DNA from: Heptranchias perlo
Taxonomy: Eukaryota
Reading direction: 5' to 3'
Length of the DNA: 64,000 bases
Assembly (NCBI RefSeq): GCF_035084215.1
Contig: NC_090348.1
Span: forward strand, 7,130,001 to 7,194,000
Made by a program: the position numbers and the translations under genes. This document shows, piece by piece, positions 61,085-64,000 of the stretch; the stretch's first letter is position 1, and every line of letters starts with the position of its first letter. The notes beneath the pieces are model-generated. The model was not told the origin of the DNA, did not search any database, and worked only from the letters and a program-made list of their open reading frames with translations.

Positions 61085-61162
61085 TGGTTTCCAAGAACAT
61101 TTTTCTGAGTAATATAAGCTTTGGCTTCAGTTCAAAGTATTGAAATTCCACAGCTACAGAAG
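61085..61162 (-). CDS. IRAG2: candidate LRMP/IRAG2 exon
   Basis: ggtctttcag|CTTC...ACCA|gtgagt; phase 1-1; SVAVEFQYFELKPKLILLRKMFLET. Confidence 0.55.
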
Positions 61163-61365
61163 CTGAAAGACCTGCTCCTTTTTTGGATGCAATGAACGCT
61201 TGGTCTCATTGTGTCCACTTTTCAAACAACAAGCGTGGAAACTGTACACGCTGACCTTTCGAATGCGGGTGAACTTCACACGTCCGCCTGTTCTGAAGTT
61301 TAACCGAGAAGTCTACTATAACACGTTGTTTGTAAATTATACAAGGTGTGCATTAAAACATTATC

Positions 61366-64000
61366 GGGTAAGGTAGCATAGTGGTTACTTTACTGGACTA
61401 GTAATCCAGAGGCCTAAACTAATAATTCGGAGTTATGAGTTCAAATCCAGCCATAGCAGCTGGGGAATTTAAATTCAATTAAATAAAAATCTGGAATGAA
61501 AAAAAAAAACTAGTATCAATAATGGTGGCCATGAATCTACCGGATTGTCATAAAAAGCCATCTGGTTCACTAATGTCCTTTAGGGAAGGAAACCTGCCGT
61601 CCTTACCCGGTCTGGCCTATATGTGACTCCAGACACACAGCAATGTGGTCGATTCTTAATCGTGCTCTGAATTGGCCGAGCAAGCCACTCAGTTGTAAAA
61701 TCTCGCTAAAAAAAGTCATAATAAGAATAAAACCTGACTGACCACTAGGCACCGGACACGACAACGGCAAACCAAGCCCAGTCGACCCTGCAAAGTCCTC
61801 CTCACTAACATCTGGGGACTTGTGCCAAAATTGGGAGAGCTGTCCCACAGACTAGTCAAGCAACAGCCTGACATAGCCATACCTTTCAGCCAACGTCCCA
61901 GACTCTTCCATCACCATCCCTAGGTATGTCCTGTCCCACCAGCAGGACAGACCCACCAGAGATGGCGGTACAGTGATATACAGCCAGGAGGAAGTGGCCC
62001 TGGGAGTCCTCAACATTGACTCCGGACCCCATGAAATCTCATGGCATCAGGTCAAACATGGGCAAGGAAACCTCCTGCTGATTACCACCTACCGTCCTCC
62101 CTCAGCTGATGAATCAGTCTTCCTCCATGTTGACCACCACTTGGAGGAAGCAATGAGGGTAAGCAAGGGCACAGAATGTACTCTGGGTGGGGGACTTCAA
62201 TGTCCATCACCAAGAGTGGCTCGGTAGCACCACTACTGACCGAGCCCCGAAGGACATAGCTGCCAGACTGGGCCTGCGGCAGGTGGTGAGTGAACCAACA
62301 CGGGGAAAAACCTACTTGACCTCATCCTCACCATCTACCTGTCGCAGATGCATCTGTCCATGACAGTATTGGTAGGAGTGACCACTGCACAATCCTCATG
62401 GAGACGAAGTCCTGTCTTTACACTGAGGACACCATCCAACGTGTTGTGTGGCATCAACACCGTGCTAAATGGGATAGATTCAGAACAGATCTAGCAGCTC
62501 AAAACTGGGCATCCATGAGGAGCTGTGGACCATCAGCAGCAGCAGAATTGTATTTCAGCACAATCTGTAACCTCATGGACCAGCATATTCCTCACTCCAT
62601 CATTACCAACAAGCCAGGGGATCAACGAGGAGTGTAGAAGAGCATGCCAGGAGCAACACCAGGTGAACCTAAAAATGAGATGCCAACCTGGTGAAGCTAC
62701 AACACAGGACAACATGCATGCTAAACAGCGGAAGCAACATACTATGGACAGAGTTAAGCGATTCCACAACCAAAGATCAAAGCTCTGCAGTCCTGCCACA
62801 TCCAGTCATGAATGGTGGTGGACAATTAAACAACTAACAGGAGGAGGAGGCTCTGTGAACATCCCCATCCTCAATGCTGGCAGAGTCCAGCACGTGAGTG
62901 CAACAGACAAGGCTGAAGCGTTTGCAACCATCTTCAGCCAGAAGTACCAAGTTGATAATCCATCTTGGCCTCCTCCCGATATCCCCACCATCACAGAAGC
63001 CAGTCTTCAGCCAATTCGATTCACTCCACGTGATATCAAGAAACGGCTGAGTGCACTGGATACAGCAAAGGCTATGGGCCCCGACAACATCCCATCTGTA
63101 GTGCTGAAGACTTGTGCTCCAGAACTAGCCGCGCCTCTAGCCAAACTGTTCCAGTATAGCTACAACACTGGCATTTACCAGACAATGTGGAAAATTGCCC
63201 AGGTATATCCTGTCCACAAAAAGCAAAACAAATCCAATCCGGCCAATTACCGCCCCATCAGTCTACTCTCAATCATCAGCAAAGTGATGGAAGGTGTCGT
63301 CGCCAGTGCTATCAAGAGGCACTTACTCACCAATAACCTGCTCACCGATGCTCAGTTTGGGTTCCGCCAGGACCACTCGGCTCCAGACCTCATTACAGCC
63401 TTGGACCAAACATGGACAAAAGAGCTGAATTCCAGAGGTGAGGTGAGAGTGACTGCCCTTGACATCAAGGCAGCATTTGACCGAGTGTGGCACCAAGGAG
63501 CCCTAGTAAAATTGAAGTCAATGGGAATCAGGGGGAAAACTCTCCAGTGGCTGGAGTCATACTTAGCACAAAGGAAGATGGTAGTGGTTGTTGGAGGCCA
63601 ATCATCTCAGCCGCAGGACATTGCTGCAGGAGTTCCTCAGGGCAGTGTCCTAGGCCCAACCATCTTCAGCTGCTTCATCAATGACCTTCCCTCCATCATA
63701 AGGTCAGAAATGGGGATGTTCGCTGATGATTGCACAGTGTTCCATTCCATTCGCAACCCCTCAGATAATGAAGCAGTCTGTGCCCGCATGCAGCAAGACC
63801 TGGACAACATCCAGGCTTGGGCTCATAAGTGGCAAGTAACATTCACGCCAGACAAGTGCCAGGCAATGACCATCTCCAACAAGAGAGAGTCTAACCACCT
63901 CCCTTTGACATTCAACGGCATTACCATCGCCGAATCCCCGACCATCAACATCCTGGGGGTCACCATTGACCAGAAACTTAACTGGACCAGCCACATAAAT
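61366..64000 (+). mobile_element. CR1/L2-group LINE with a tRNA-derived SINE-like 5' end, running off the window edge
   Basis: A-box TAGCATAGTGG (61374-84), B-box GTTCAAATC (61439-47), SINE body to ~61695, then APE (KVLLTNIWGL..QPDIAI; TTYRPP; GDFN; SDH) and RT (YRPISLLS, DIKAAFD, GVPQGS, FADD); several frameshifts. Confidence 0.9.
61374..61447 (+). promoter_or_regulatory. type 2 Pol III internal promoter (A and B boxes)
   Basis: TAGCATAGTGG fits TRGCNNARYGG; GTTCAAATC fits GTTCRANNC. Confidence 0.7.

Larger units (their letters stand above)
1454..61162 (-). other. IRAG2: LRMP/IRAG2 (JAW1) orthologue, partial gene span (5' start and TM/KASH last exon outside window)
   Basis: Spliced exons give AEFLRFSLAFKCDMFTLDKRLRLEERSRDLAETNLKKEIEKC...[45 protein letters not shown]...SLRRVSIAAIPR...RPSLHRFISTYSW, closely matching human IRAG2 as I recall it (AEFLRLSLGFKCDWFTLEKRVKLEERSRDLAEENLKKEI; [45 protein letters not shown]; RPSLPRFISTYSW). 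All exons have AG/GT boundaries and compatible phases. Confidence 0.92.

Noticed and set aside
432-63994. Remaining 60-200 aa ORFs in the supplied track
   Set aside because: They are off-frame or antisense translations of SINEs/LINEs or chance ORFs, with no independent gene evidence.

Overview
Eukaryotic (vertebrate) genomic DNA. The repeat content (DeuSINE/SacSINE1-like SINEs, CR1 and L2 LINEs, Penelope and Harbinger elements) suggests a cartilaginous fish such as a shark (inference). The whole window lies inside one minus-strand host gene, an LRMP/IRAG2 (JAW1) orthologue. I could assemble 22 phase-consistent exons (61162 down to 1454, about 679 codons). The coiled-coil and C-terminal exons are clearly homologous to human IRAG2; the upstream exons rest only on splice signals and frame continuity. 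The start codon and the TM/KASH-encoding last exon lie outside the window. Introns are packed with transposon debris. Most notable: (1) a CR1/L2-group LINE (61366-64000, inverted sister copy 55151-57655) whose 5' end is a tRNA-derived Pol III SINE head and body fused directly to an APE-RT ORF, with no ORF1, no in-frame AUG and no TTTT on the sense strand, plus a SINE (7730-8136) made of the same 5' and 3' ends; this suggests a possibly Pol III-transcribed autonomous retroelement. (2) Penelope-like elements carrying minimal hammerhead ribozymes, including a 251-bp TSD-flanked palindromic mini-element with hammerheads on both strands (40353-40603). (3) A Harbinger element interrupted by a solo LTR, a tRNA-Val pseudogene fused to a CR1 3' end, a (TTAGGG)3 insertion in a SINE, and a ~1-kb purine minisatellite just upstream of an exon. 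All calls are by eye; repeat boundaries are approximate unless TSDs are given.
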